The notes under the pieces were generated by a model. It was not told where the DNA came from, did no database searches, and saw nothing but the letters and a program-made list of their open reading frames with translations. A stretch of DNA of 42,829 nt from a virus. Taxonomy: Duplodnaviria; Caudoviricetes. Shown here piece by piece: positions 7,061 through 15,790 of the stretch. Each line of letters starts with the position of its first letter. Position 1 is the stretch's first letter. Location: positions 1 to 42,829 of the IMG/VR virus record IMGVR_UViG_3300032212_000699; one strand, given 5' to 3'. Both the position numbers and the translations under genes were made by a program.

Positions 7061-7420
7061 TTATTCTCCTTGTGATTTTTTGATGTAGTCAGGCGCTGTT
7101 GCGCTGGGCATCATTGAAAGTTGGTCGATAGGGTAAAGCGTGATCTGGCCGCCCTGATTGACGAACATGGGAGTTGATGTTTTATCGTTTTCACCCTGTG
7201 TGCCGTTTGCGGTTGGTTTTTTATATACCAGCTCGTGGTCCACTGTGACTTGCGCGCTGTTTTCAATGCGCTTGAGTGTGAGGTTGATTGAAATCTTGCC
7301 TTCTCTGCCGTGATGGATGACACCCGCTGCCACATCTGAAAGCGTGTGAGCTATTTTTTGGTCGAATACGCCGCCGTATAAATTGGCGAGAAATTCCTGT
7401 ACCTCTGTTGGTGTGGTCAT
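7061..7420 (-). CDS. YfdP-like phage protein (DUF2303 partner)
   Basis: FLANLYGGVFDQKIAHTLSDVA...TPMFVNQGG; usual neighbour of DUF2303. Confidence 0.75.
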   Translation of the reverse strand: MTTPTEVQEFLANLYGGVFDQKIAHTLSDVAAGVIHHGREGKISINLTLKRIENSAQVTVDHELVYKKPTANGTQGENDKTSTPMFVNQGGQITLYPIDQLSMMPSATAPDYIKKSQGE

Positions 7421-7546
7421 ATTTCCCCTCCTGTTGTTTGGTTTTACTAAGCCCCGGCCCTCGACTACGCGAGAGGCTGAGCCTGTGACACCTCAACCTT
7501 TAACCCTCAGTGCACAGTGGCGGGGTGGTGTGTTGGCGTGGGAGTA

Positions 7547-7588
7547 ATGGTGTACAATCGTGCAGTATATGTCAAGAACAATTGTGCA
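7547..7588 (-). promoter_or_regulatory. PL-like promoter with two repressor operators
   Basis: Minus strand TTGACA (7575-7570)-17 nt-CACCAT; operators TGTACAATCGTGCA 7551-7564 and AGAACAATTGTGCA 7575-7588. Confidence 0.75.
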
Positions 7589-7723
7589 CTTTTATAAAAA
7601 AAGTTAGACTGAGTGTTGATTAGGGTATGGCGGGCTGTGCCGAGTTAAGCGGTTGCGTGATGTAGTGCCAGGAGGCAGGTAATTACATCGCCTGCCTGCT
7701 CGAGTGATTTTTTATAAAAATAA

Positions 7724-8083
7724 TTGGAGAAGGTTGTGGATAAAGATGACGTTAAAAGTGTAGTTAAAAACTACCTGAAATCAGAAGAGGGCAGGTTATT
7801 GATACTGGAACTTATAGCGGGCGAAGCCGGTGATGATGCTCTTATTTTTTCTTCTTCTCAAATAAATCAGATTTATCAATCCCGGAAATCAATTCCAGGC
7901 AAGAATACATGGAAGATAGACGTTAATGGGAATAAGGTTGCTTTTGCACGATTACATAATGACCGTGTTATTGAGGCTTACGCTCCTGTTTCTTTAGATA
8001 AGGCGAGCATTTATGCCGCCTCTATTATTCATGGTTATCAACCACCACGTTCCCTTGTTCGTCTCGATAAACCGATTGATTAA
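7724..8083 (+). CDS. Hypothetical protein (immunity-region moron; start uncertain)
   Basis: AT-rich 119-aa ORF converging on and overlapping the 66-aa ORF. Confidence 0.55.
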   Translation: MEKVVDKDDVKSVVKNYLKSEEGRLLILELIAGEAGDDALIFSSSQINQIYQSRKSIPGKNTWKIDVNGNKVAFARLHNDRVIEAYAPVSLDKASIYAASIIHGYQPPRSLVRLDKPID

Positions 8084-8225
8084 ATTCGACCTGAACCAGA
8101 TCATCGGCACGCTGCTTTAATCTGTAGAAGTCTAGTGTGGAGAAGTCTAGCCACGTGTCGTCATCATAAGCGTTGAGCATGTCTTTGAAGGTTCCAACGG
8201 TAATAGAGGGTTTGTATTTTTTCAT
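8025..8225 (-). CDS. Hypothetical protein downstream of cI
   Basis: 66-aa ORF starting 20 bp after the cI stop. Confidence 0.6.
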   Translation of the reverse strand: MKKYKPSITVGTFKDMLNAYDDDTWLDFSTLDFYRLKQRADDLVQVEFNQSVYRDEQGNVVVDNHE

Positions 8226-8245
8226 TTTGATTGCCTTTGTCCCTT

Positions 8246-8599
8246 TTACTTTTTGTCGTTACTGTATTTAGCTTCTTGCTCGGCCACTCGGTTGATGTAG
8301 TCGCGGCCCTGTTGCGATGAGCTGGTATAGTTGTTGATTAGTGTTTGCAGATGGCCGTTCTTTATGAGGTCCGTCTGTAAGTTCGGCATGATTAGTTGCC
8401 AGCCGCTGAGTTTAAATGCTTTTGCTAAATCGTCTGCTATTTCGATCGATGGCTTTCGGTCGCGGTTTAGAATGAAGTGAATCATTCTGAGTGATACGCC
8501 GCTTTTTATTGCCAGCTCTTTTTTTGACATGCCAGTCACCAATAAAAGAGCATTTATATTTTGAATGAGTGTTTCGGATGATGCTGGTCTTTTGTTCAT
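8246..8599 (-). CDS. CI-like repressor (XRE HTH, no S24 peptidase domain)
   Basis: GMSKKELAIKSGVSLRMIHFILNRDRKPSIEIADDLAKAF; divergent from cro; likely start MNKRP. Confidence 0.85.
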   Translation of the reverse strand: MNKRPASSETLIQNINALLLVTGMSKKELAIKSGVSLRMIHFILNRDRKPSIEIADDLAKAFKLSGWQLIMPNLQTDLIKNGHLQTLINNYTSSSQQGRDYINRVAEQEAKYSNDKK

Positions 8600-8624
8600 A
8601 ATCAGTAGCATAGGCTCACTCGCG

Positions 8625-8686
8625 GGAACATTGGTGCAATTCATGTACAATTGTTCTTGACAGTTAAGTGTACAATCGTTCACTAT
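8625..8686 (+). promoter_or_regulatory. OR operator region and PR promoter
   Basis: GGAACATTGGTGCA 8625-38, TGTACAATTGTTCT 8644-57 and TGTACAATCGTTCA 8669-82 match the PL operators; TTGACA at 8657-62. Confidence 0.8.
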
Positions 8687-8693
8687 TCGGGGC

Positions 8694-8894
8694 ATGGAAA
8701 AAACATTTTTAGAAAAAACTCTCAGAATGGTGGCCTCATCAGATATCCCGGTGGCTAAGATGTGCGCAGAGGTTGGTGTTTCCATCCGCTGGTATTACAA
8801 GCTGACCAGCGGCGACATTAAAGACCCCAGTGTTAACAAGATCCAGCGGCTGCATGATTATCTTGCTGAGCGGCAGAAGCCGGACGCTGCATGA
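8694..8894 (+). CDS. Cro-like HTH protein
   Basis: VAKMCAEVGVSIRWYYKLTSGDIKDPSVNKIQRLHDY. Confidence 0.85.
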   Translation: MEKTFLEKTLRMVASSDIPVAKMCAEVGVSIRWYYKLTSGDIKDPSVNKIQRLHDYLAERQKPDAA

Positions 8895-8903
8895 TGGATA
8901 ACG

Positions 8904-9269
8904 TTATTCGCTTTCCGTTGGAGCGCTGGTTTCCTGAACAGCGGGCGCGGGCGTTAAAGGAGTTCTGGTGGATTCCACCAGCGTCAATCGAGGCTTTTCT
9001 TCGAGGGCATCTTCCTGTGTCACATGCAAAGAGGCCCATGAAATGAGGCGGTCTATCGGGGGTGCGAGTGCGTCGTCATCATTAACGGCATCGCGCTTTT
9101 CTTTGAGGTGGTTGAGTACGCTTTTAATGGCGTGCTGTTCCAGGTTATTGATGGCCCCTGTGAGTAGGCCAATCTGGAAACTCATGATTAAGTTTTCATT
9201 AGTCAGTTCTTCGATGCGTTGGTGTGGTGTGCGGTCTTCTAGCACGGATACCTTCGCGTTATTAGTCAT
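8904..9269 (-). CDS. Hypothetical protein antisense within the early-right operon
   Basis: ORF fills the cro-cII gap; ATG at 9269 after GAGGG. Confidence 0.55.
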   Translation of the reverse strand: MTNNAKVSVLEDRTPHQRIEELTNENLIMSFQIGLLTGAINNLEQHAIKSVLNHLKEKRDAVNDDDALAPPIDRLISWASLHVTQEDALEEKPRLTLVESTRTPLTPAPAVQETSAPTESE

Positions 9270-9407
9270 AGGGGCTTCCCTCGTTTTGTTGTTTGTTTCT
9301 GGCGATTTAAATAATAACACGGGTGTTGCTCCTATTTTTTTAGCGTTTTAGCGCAGGTTAATTGATTTCGATGGCCTGGGCACTGTGGTTACAGGGAGGG
9401 GTTCACA

Positions 9408-9902
9408 ATGACAAAGGAGCGTGATCAGTACGGTGTTGATCCACTGGATGCTGCGATATACGACGCGGTGCATGATTACTGTGATCCGGTAACAGGCCGC
9501 CGTGGGGTGCCTGCGTTAAGTAATGCGATGGGGTGGGGCGCTTCAATGTTGCAGAACTATGCGAATCCTAATGAGCCTTCGCAGTTTTCAATAACACAAA
9601 TTCGCGCCCTTATTTTGCGCACTGGCGACAAGCGCCCGTTGCGCCAGTTGGCGCATGACGTGGGCGAAGCGTGTTTCCCGCTGTTGGTGACTCAATTCCC
9701 GGGTGATTCAGATTTGCTATCGGCGTGGGCTGATTGGCAGGCGGAGATTGGCGAGACGATGCAGAAGGCGAAGGCCATTTTAGATGATGGCAAGGTGGTG
9801 GCTGTTGAGGTAGATGAGTTAAGGCGTGAGCTGATCGAGGATTTTGAGAAGGGGTTAGCGCTGCTGGATGTGTTCAAGGGTATGCAGGAGCCTGAGAAAT
9901 GA
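9408..9902 (+). CDS. CII-like phage regulatory protein
   Basis: ALSNAMG...LQNYANPNE...GDKRPLRQLA...AILDDGKV pattern; position after cro. Confidence 0.75.
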   Translation: MTKERDQYGVDPLDAAIYDAVHDYCDPVTGRRGVPALSNAMGWGASMLQNYANPNEPSQFSITQIRALILRTGDKRPLRQLAHDVGEACFPLLVTQFPGDSDLLSAWADWQAEIGETMQKAKAILDDGKVVAVEVDELRRELIEDFEKGLALLDVFKGMQEPEK

Positions 9903-10002
9903 TTTGGCTGTTATCACTTCTGTTAGTTGTGCTTTATGCGCTGGTGCGGCTTGGCGCAAAGGCGGCGATTGAGTTTGATTTTAGTATGCCGGTGATCGAC
10001 TG

Positions 10003-10380
10003 ATGCCGCCTGAAATAATTGGCATTGCGGGTGATCCGCGCGCGATTGAGGCGGTGAGTACGTTTCTTGTGCAGGGTGGTTGTTATGTGATTCAGCCTGA
10101 TGCAAATGCCTGGGACGCGGTTCTTTATGAGATTGCTGATGCGCTGGGCCACCCGGAGTGCGGCCTGGTGGTGGTGCTGGTGGCGACTGATGCGGCGGCT
10201 TTGTTTGTGCGTGACCGTGGCGGGTTGGTATTACACCTGCGCTGTTGTGAGGACGATGAGCGGCCTTGTGTTGATTTTATTGATGGTGACACTGTGTTGA
10301 GGGGTGATCCTGACGCGCTTTGTTTGGCGGTGAAGGATGTTCTTACTGAGGGTAAAACGCTGGAGGTGTGTGATGGGTGA
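10003..10380 (+). CDS. Hypothetical protein, possibly degenerate dNMP-kinase-like
   Basis: IIGIAG start and FVRDRGGLVLHL motif, but no GK[ST] P-loop. Confidence 0.5.
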   Translation: MPPEIIGIAGDPRAIEAVSTFLVQGGCYVIQPDANAWDAVLYEIADALGHPECGLVVVLVATDAAALFVRDRGGLVLHLRCCEDDERPCVDFIDGDTVLRGDPDALCLAVKDVLTEGKTLEVCDG

Positions 10381-10543
10381 GCTTCTATTGCAGTTGTTTA
10401 TTGTATTGGGTGTGGTCGGTGTTGCGTGGTTGGTGGTGTGTGCGATTCCTTATTTTGAAATTATTCAGAGAAGCCGCGCCGGGTGTGCTGAAGACCGTGC
10501 GGGTGATGATTGGCAAGACGATGCTTCTAGCGGCGCTCGCTGA
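10373..10543 (+). CDS. Small membrane protein
   Basis: N-terminal hydrophobic helix; overlaps the upstream stop. Confidence 0.5.
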   Translation: MGELLLQLFIVLGVVGVAWLVVCAIPYFEIIQRSRAGCAEDRAGDDWQDDASSGAR

Positions 10544-10766
10544 TCCTAAGGTTTTTAACTACGTGATCTTGGTGCTTTATGCGCTTAACGCAGGTCGGTG
10601 GGCGTGGCATGGCAGTTGGGTTGATGTGAGTTATTGGTTCTTTGCGTTTGGAATTACAGCAACGGTGACATGGGGGTATGGGCGGTGATGTTAAATTTTT
10701 TCGTGCTTATAGTGGGTGTTGTTATTGGTGGTTTTTCAGTTCTGTTTTGGTTGTTAAAAGAATCTG

Positions 10767-10970
10767 GTGGGCTTTGGTTTGGTGATTAAGGCGAGAAGTA
10801 TCGGTTGTATTACAGATGTCGTGGCAACTGCTTTTGTCGGCCTTTCTGATAGTGCACGTTCGGCGACATATCAGCTTACTTGTTACCGTGATGCATTGCC
10901 TGAAGTCGTTACTGAAAAAGACAAGCGGCCTTATTACCGGCAGCTTGAGAAGAGGGGGCGTTACCGATGA
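10767..10970 (+). CDS. Hypothetical protein
   Basis: ATGA overlap with the next gene; C-terminal RPYYRQLEKRGRYR. Confidence 0.5.
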   Translation: MGFGLVIKARSIGCITDVVATAFVGLSDSARSATYQLTCYRDALPEVVTEKDKRPYYRQLEKRGRYR

Positions 10971-11308
10971 GTGAAAATGGATTTGATTATAAGCAGTGGG
11001 CGTTGGCAAGGTTTAAACATTACCGCGAAGCGGCGGTGGCTGAGGGTGTTGATGCTGATTTTTCACTTGAGTACGCCTATAAAGCTGCGGTGTTGGCTGA
11101 GTTGTTAGCGGCTGCTGGGCATGGTGAAGCGTTGGCGGCGGTGGTGATTGGTGATGTGCCTTTGGCTGAATCTGGTGTTGTGTTGAGTGATGAAAAACGT
11201 GCGCTTGAGTTGTTGATGGATAATCATTTTGACCGCCATACGCCGTGCATGGTTTGTATTCCGAAAAGTAAATGGCGCGAAGCGATGGAGTTGGCTGGTG
11301 GTAGCTAG
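10967..11308 (+). CDS. Hypothetical protein
   Basis: 113-aa ORF in the operon. Confidence 0.6.
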   Translation: MSENGFDYKQWALARFKHYREAAVAEGVDADFSLEYAYKAAVLAELLAAAGHGEALAAVVIGDVPLAESGVVLSDEKRALELLMDNHFDRHTPCMVCIPKSKWREAMELAGGS

Positions 11309-11490
11309 GCGAGCAACGCATGCGGACCCGACCTTTGAGGCTGCTTGCCGCATGCAGATTAACGAGCTTGGCTGCAAGGCGTGTGTGCGACGGTTGATGC
11401 TGAGTGATGGCACTGTGCGTTGTTCGCAGGGGAAAACGTTTCCGCGTTGTAAGCGTGAATTTAAGGGCTTTAAGTTGGATGAGGGGGTGA

Positions 11491-11688
11491 ATGATGATTA
11501 AGTTGAATAAGCTAATTGCGTATTTTAGCGGCGCTCGAATGTATTTAGCAACGGCAATTGCTTTGCTTGTATGGGGTGATCTGTATGAGGCCACGCCCGG
11601 TACTTTTCTCGCTGCACTCATCTTGTTCTTTTTTTACTTTTTAGCGCGTATTGATGAGTCTATTCGGGCGCTTGGGGGTGGTAAGTGA
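11491..11688 (+). CDS. Two-TM small membrane protein
   Basis: Two hydrophobic segments; GTGA overlap with the next gene. Confidence 0.55.
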   Translation: MMIKLNKLIAYFSGARMYLATAIALLVWGDLYEATPGTFLAALILFFFYFLARIDESIRALGGGK

Positions 11689-12326
11689 TTAAGCGTATTC
11701 GGCAGTGGTTTTGTGGGCATCGTTATGGGTTTTGGGTTTATCAGAAGCCTGTTAAGCCTGGTGATAAGCCGGTGGAGCATAGCGTTTGTCGGAAGTGCGA
11801 TTATTTAAGGGTGCGTGACGGGGCAAAGAAAGCCGAACGGATAGCGGGGCTCAGAAAAGCAGCTGAATACCAAAAGGCACTGGGTAAGATGCTGGAAAAT
11901 GTCGCGGATGTTGCTGAAAAGCCTTTATCTTTATTTGCTGAAATTTCCGCGTGGAGTGCTGGCATGGCGCATTTAAGCATGATTAGTAGTGCGCCGTTAA
12001 AGCCGTTTGTGGGCAAGGGCAAGCCGACTAAAGCCAGTGCGGATTTGAAAGATGGTGAAGAGTTGATTGTGCTTAGTGGTGCGTCTGTTGAGGTGAGGTC
12101 TCAAGCTGAATTAGAAGGGCTTTTTAATAAATTCAAAAAACGCCATTCTGAGGGTGATGTTGTAATTATTGATAAGGATAAAGAAAAGCGTGCTGGTGCG
12201 GTGTGTAAGCAGGCGGGGCTGAGTGGGTGTAATGTTTCGCCGGTTGAGGTTTCTGTTAGTGGAGCAATTATGGATAGGGATTTTGTTGATATGGTGGCGG
12301 GCGCTGTGAAGCGGGGTAAGGAATGA
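11685..12326 (+). CDS. Hypothetical protein with N-terminal C-x-H...CxxC motif
   Basis: WFCGHRY...CRKC; overlapping start and stop with its neighbours. Confidence 0.6.
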   Translation: MIKRIRQWFCGHRYGFWVYQKPVKPGDKPVEHSVCRKCDYLRVRDGAKKAERIAGLRKAAEYQKALGKMLENVADVAEKPLSLFAEISAWSAGMAHLSMISSAPLKPFVGKGKPTKASADLKDGEELIVLSGASVEVRSQAELEGLFNKFKKRHSEGDVVIIDKDKEKRAGAVCKQAGLSGCNVSPVEVSVSGAIMDRDFVDMVAGAVKRGKE

Positions 12327-12589
12327 CAAGCGAGCAGCTTGCGACCATCGGTACTAATGAAGCTGTGGCTATAGTGGGTGCTGTGTCGCATGAGCATCTA
12401 AAGCAGTTGTGGGATCGTCGGTTGACGCCTGATGCGCTTGGTTTGAGTGAGGCGCAAGCAAGGGTGCTGTTGATCGCGCAAAATACGGCTTATATGTTCG
12501 CGCAGCAGCAGTTGGTGTTGAGGGCTGCACATGAGGTGTTGGGGATGATGCGGGTTTATGCTGATGTTAATGGTGGGGTGAGTGGATGA
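12323..12589 (+). CDS. Hypothetical protein
   Basis: ATGA overlaps on both sides. Confidence 0.6.
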   Translation: MTSEQLATIGTNEAVAIVGAVSHEHLKQLWDRRLTPDALGLSEAQARVLLIAQNTAYMFAQQQLVLRAAHEVLGMMRVYADVNGGVSG

Positions 12590-14085
12590 ATCAATTCTCA
12601 ATGCTTCAAACCCATGAGCTACGCATTGATCTGTTTGCTGGTGGCGGCGGTGCTTCTACCGGTGTTGAGCAGGCGACGGGTGAGGCGGTTGATATTGCGG
12701 TGAATCATGACCGGGATGCGATCGCGATGCACCAGGCGAATCACCCGGGCACTGAGCATCATGTGAGTGATGTGTTTGAGGTGAGCCCGATGGATGTGAC
12801 TAAGGGTCGGCCTGTTGGGTTGTTGTGGGCATCGCCAGATTGTAAGCACTTTTCTAAAGCGAAGGGTGGTAGGCCGGTGTCGAAGAAAACACGGTCGCTT
12901 GCGTGGGTGGTGATTAAGTGGGCGAAGCTGGCGCGGCCTCGCGTGATTGCGCTGGAGAATGTTGAAGAGTTTCAAAAATGGGGCCCGTTAACGAAGGATG
13001 ATAAACCTTGCCCTGAGCGTGTTGGGCAGACGTTCCGGCAGTGGGTGGGTGAGCTTGAAAGGCTGGGCTATAAGGTAGATTCGCGTGAGCTGCGGGCGTG
13101 TGACTATGGTGCGCCGACTACCCGTAGGCGTTTGTTTCTGGTGGCGCGTTGTGATGGGTTGCCGATTGTATGGCCAGCACCGACGCATGGTGCGCGGGGT
13201 AATCCCCTGGTTAAGCGTGGCAAGTTACTGCCGTGGCGCACCGCTGCAGATATTATCGATTGGCGTATTCCGGTTAATTCGATCTTTATGACTAAGGAGG
13301 AGGGTAAAGCGGCGGGATGTAAGCGGCCGTTGGCGGATAATACAATGCGGCGTATTGCTAGAGGCGTTGAGCGTTATGTGCTGGATGCGGATGAGCCTTT
13401 TATTGTGCCGAATACACAAGGTGGTTTAGTGGTGCCGTCGATTGTGCCGATCGCTAATTATGGTGGTGGGCAGGTGGCTGCTAATGATGCGGGTGAACCG
13501 CTGCGTACGATAACTGCTAATCCTAAGGGTGGATCACATGCGTTAGTCTCTGCCTTCCTGGCGAAGCATTACGGCGGTGGCTATACCGGTGCGGGCATTG
13601 ATGCACGTTCGCCAACCGATACGGTGACGACGCAAGATCATCATGCATTAGTCACCAGTTCAATGATTAAGTTTCGCGGGTCTAATGTTGGTTCTGCAAC
13701 CGATGAGCCGGTGCCAACGATCACGGCGGGTGGTACACACATAGGTGAGGTGCGCGCATTTTTGATGAAGTATTACGGCGCGGGTGAAGGGTCTGAGGTT
13801 GATGGGCCATTGCACACGGTAACGACTAAAGATCGCATGGGCTTGGTGACGGTTGCCGGTACTGATTACCAGATTGTCGATATCGGTATGCGGATGCTTT
13901 CACCGCGTGAGCTTTTCCGTGCGCAGGGCTTCCCTGATGATTATGTGATTGAGTTTGGCGCGGATGGTAAACGACTGAGCAAGGCCGCGCAGGTGCGGAT
14001 GTGTGGCAACAGTGTTTGCCCGCCGTTGGCTAAGGCGATTATTGAGGCGAATGTAGGTGTGACTCAGCGGCTGGTGGCTGCGTGA
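12586..14085 (+). CDS. DNA (cytosine-5) methyltransferase
   Basis: Motifs DLFAGGGG, SPDCKHFS, ENV, RRRLF, RAQGFP, GNSV. Confidence 0.95.
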   Translation: MNQFSMLQTHELRIDLFAGGGGASTGVEQATGEAVDIAVNHDRDAIAMHQANHPGTEHHVSDVFEVSPMDVTKGRPVGLLWASPDCKHFSKAKGGRPVSKKTRSLAWVVIKWAKLARPRVIALENVEEFQKWGPLTKDDKPCPERVGQTFRQWVGELERLGYKVDSRELRACDYGAPTTRRRLFLVARCDGLPIVWPAPTHGARGNPLVKRGKLLPWRTAADIIDWRIPVNSIFMTKEEGKAAGCKRPLADNTMRRIARGVERYVLDADEPFIVPNTQGGLVVPSIVPIANYGGGQVAANDAGEPLRTITANPKGGSHALVSAFLAKHYGGGYTGAGIDARSPTDTVTTQDHHALVTSSMIKFRGSNVGSATDEPVPTITAGGTHIGEVRAFLMKYYGAGEGSEVDGPLHTVTTKDRMGLVTVAGTDYQIVDIGMRMLSPRELFRAQGFPDDYVIEFGADGKRLSKAAQVRMCGNSVCPPLAKAIIEANVGVTQRLVAA

Positions 14086-14096
14086 TGGTTCAATAT

Positions 14097-14126
14097 TTGA
14101 CAGGCGAGCGGGAGTGGGGCTATAGT
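14097..14126 (+). promoter_or_regulatory. Promoter of the c4-ant unit
   Basis: TTGACA-18 nt-TATAGT. Confidence 0.65.
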
Positions 14127-14222
14127 CAGCCCGTCGTCACACAATTGACGACCGGGATTGACAGCCTGAAACTCCGAGCGCTAAGGCGCTCACTCGAAGC
14201 GCTTTTTTTACGTCCAAGATTT

Positions 14223-14298
14223 ATGGTGGGCTGTATGGGGGCGCTTTCGAGCGCGCCGACCCTCGGATCGGTCTGTCAACCCCGTATGGCCTGCCACC
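14223..14298 (+). ncRNA. c4-like antisense RNA (P1 c4 / P4 CI type)
   Basis: Closing stem GGTGGGCTGTATGGGG/CCCCGTATGGCCTGCCACC; internal CTGTCAA (14273-79) is complementary to the flanking repeats GATTGACAGC at 14156 and 14306; lies upstream of ant. Confidence 0.75.
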
Positions 14299-14354
14299 TT
14301 AAAACGATTGACAGCGTTTGTGGCAGTTCTCCAATACAGACCGAGGACGCTGAC

Positions 14355-14921
14355 ATGGAAAATCTCATACCTATCGCTAGTAGATTCATTGCTGGTACCC
14401 CCACTAAAACCGTTAATGGCCGTAAGCTACATTGTTATCTTGAGGTTGGGCGTGATTTCTCAAACTGGATAAAAGGGCGCATTGAGCAGTATGGTTTTGA
14501 AGAGGGTATCGATTACATTGTAACGCTCGCCAAAACGGGCGAACGTCGAAATATCAAAAAAACCAATTACTTTGTCTCGCTCGACATGGCCAAAGAGCTG
14601 GCGATGGTTGAGCGCACTGACAAAGGCAGAGAGGCCCGCCGGTACTTCATTGAGTGCGAGAAGCAGATCAGAGAGCCATCGCCACAGAAAACCCTTCCCG
14701 CGCCCCCTGTGAAGCGACAGCAGCTATTCGTTGCAACGGTGGAGGGTGATAGGGTGGGTTCTATGTTGCCCGTCTCTGATGACTTTATGTTGATTAGCCG
14801 TGAAGAGCTGAATGCGCTGCGCCGTCCGTTTGATTATTTCAATGTCGTGGCCCCTGATGCGGTGGCTGTGTTTGCGGATATCGAGCGACGCCGCGGTGGT
14901 GTTGTGGGTGGTGATCGGTAG
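14355..14921 (+). CDS. AntA/AntB-family antirepressor (in-frame Ash-like upstream extension from 14082)
   Basis: VNGRKLHCYLEVGRDFSNWIKGRIEQYGFEEGIDY...LDMAKELAMVERTDKGREARRYFIECEK. Confidence 0.9.
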   Translation: MENLIPIASRFIAGTPTKTVNGRKLHCYLEVGRDFSNWIKGRIEQYGFEEGIDYIVTLAKTGERRNIKKTNYFVSLDMAKELAMVERTDKGREARRYFIECEKQIREPSPQKTLPAPPVKRQQLFVATVEGDRVGSMLPVSDDFMLISREELNALRRPFDYFNVVAPDAVAVFADIERRRGGVVGGDR

Positions 14922-14923
14922 GC

Positions 14924-15790
14924 ATGGGGATTACGACTAACTGGAATGAGCACGAAGATGCTGCGCTCTATGAGTTACCTCATCGGGCGCAGTTGCTTTA
15001 CTTGCGATGTTTGCGGCGTTACATGGACTATTCGACAGGTGTGGTGGGTCGGTCTCGTGAGGTTAGTCGGGATATGTTCTGTGATGTGCTGGAGGTCTCT
15101 GAAAGTTATACGGCCAATAATCGACGTGCTAAACCGACGTTGCGCGAGGTGCGAATATCGTTGAGCCAATTGGAGCGCGTTGGTTTGATTGAACGGTTGC
15201 CTGGTAGGCGTGTGAGTAAACTGATTGAGACCTATGTTTTTTTCTTGCCTTTGGCAGCATGGGATAATTCCGTATCGAATAGTGACGTCACAGTGACGTC
15301 ACAGTCACGTCACACTAGTCACGTCACCACAGAACCAGAGTTAAAAGAAAATGTTACGCAGAGTGACGTCACAGTCACGTCACAGTCACGTCACACTAGT
15401 CACGTCACACATCCGGTATCCGGTAATACTACTGCTACTACTCACGCGCGCGAGGCTCGGTTCTTTGCGATGCATGAAGGTTGGGTGGCGGATGGTGAAA
15501 GTTTAAAAGCGCATGCAAGGATGCAGGGGGTGTTGATTGACTCTCTGCCGACTGATGGTTATGCGGAGGTGTTGGGTGAGTTTAAGTCTTTCTGGATGGG
15601 GCAGGCTCGTGAAGAGACGCAGGCTGGTTGGGAGGGTAAGTTGGTGAAATCGATTAAGCATAAGTTGAGTCAACCGAAAGGAGGTGGTGATGGGCAGTCC
15701 AGAGCAAGTGGGTGCGGTGGTAAGTCGGGCGCTGACAACTTCATTAGTGGGATCAAAAAAAGAGCCCAGCAACGAGGCGGTGATCAGTGA
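14924..15790 (+). CDS. Replication initiator with DnaT-like C-terminal domain
   Basis: FAMHEGW...LGEFKSFW...QAGWEGKL; contains iterons. Confidence 0.8.
   Translation: MGITTNWNEHEDAALYELPHRAQLLYLRCLRRYMDYSTGVVGRSREVSRDMFCDVLEVSESYTANNRRAKPTLREVRISLSQLERVGLIERLPGRRVSKLIETYVFFLPLAAWDNSVSNSDVTVTSQSRHTSHVTTEPELKENVTQSDVTVTSQSRHTSHVTHPVSGNTTATTHAREARFFAMHEGWVADGESLKAHARMQGVLIDSLPTDGYAEVLGEFKSFWMGQAREETQAGWEGKLVKSIKHKLSQPKGGGDGQSRASGCGGKSGADNFISGIKKRAQQRGGDQ
15281..15408. repeat. Replication-origin iterons: two blocks of four AGTSACGTCAC
   Basis: Blocks 15281-15327 and 15362-15408 are nearly identical and separated by an A-rich spacer. Confidence 0.85.

Noticed and set aside
11930-12010. Segment AEISAWSAGMAHLSMISSAP resembling a tape-measure C-terminal motif
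   Set aside because: Too short and low in complexity to support without an alignment.
11013-13419. Long minus-strand His/Thr/Pro-rich ORFs in the ORF track
   Set aside because: They are shadow frames of G/T-rich plus-strand genes, with no RBS or recognisable motifs.
15281-15408. Short repeat array as CRISPR
   Set aside because: 11-bp tandem units with no unique spacers, inside the initiator ORF, and no cas genes.
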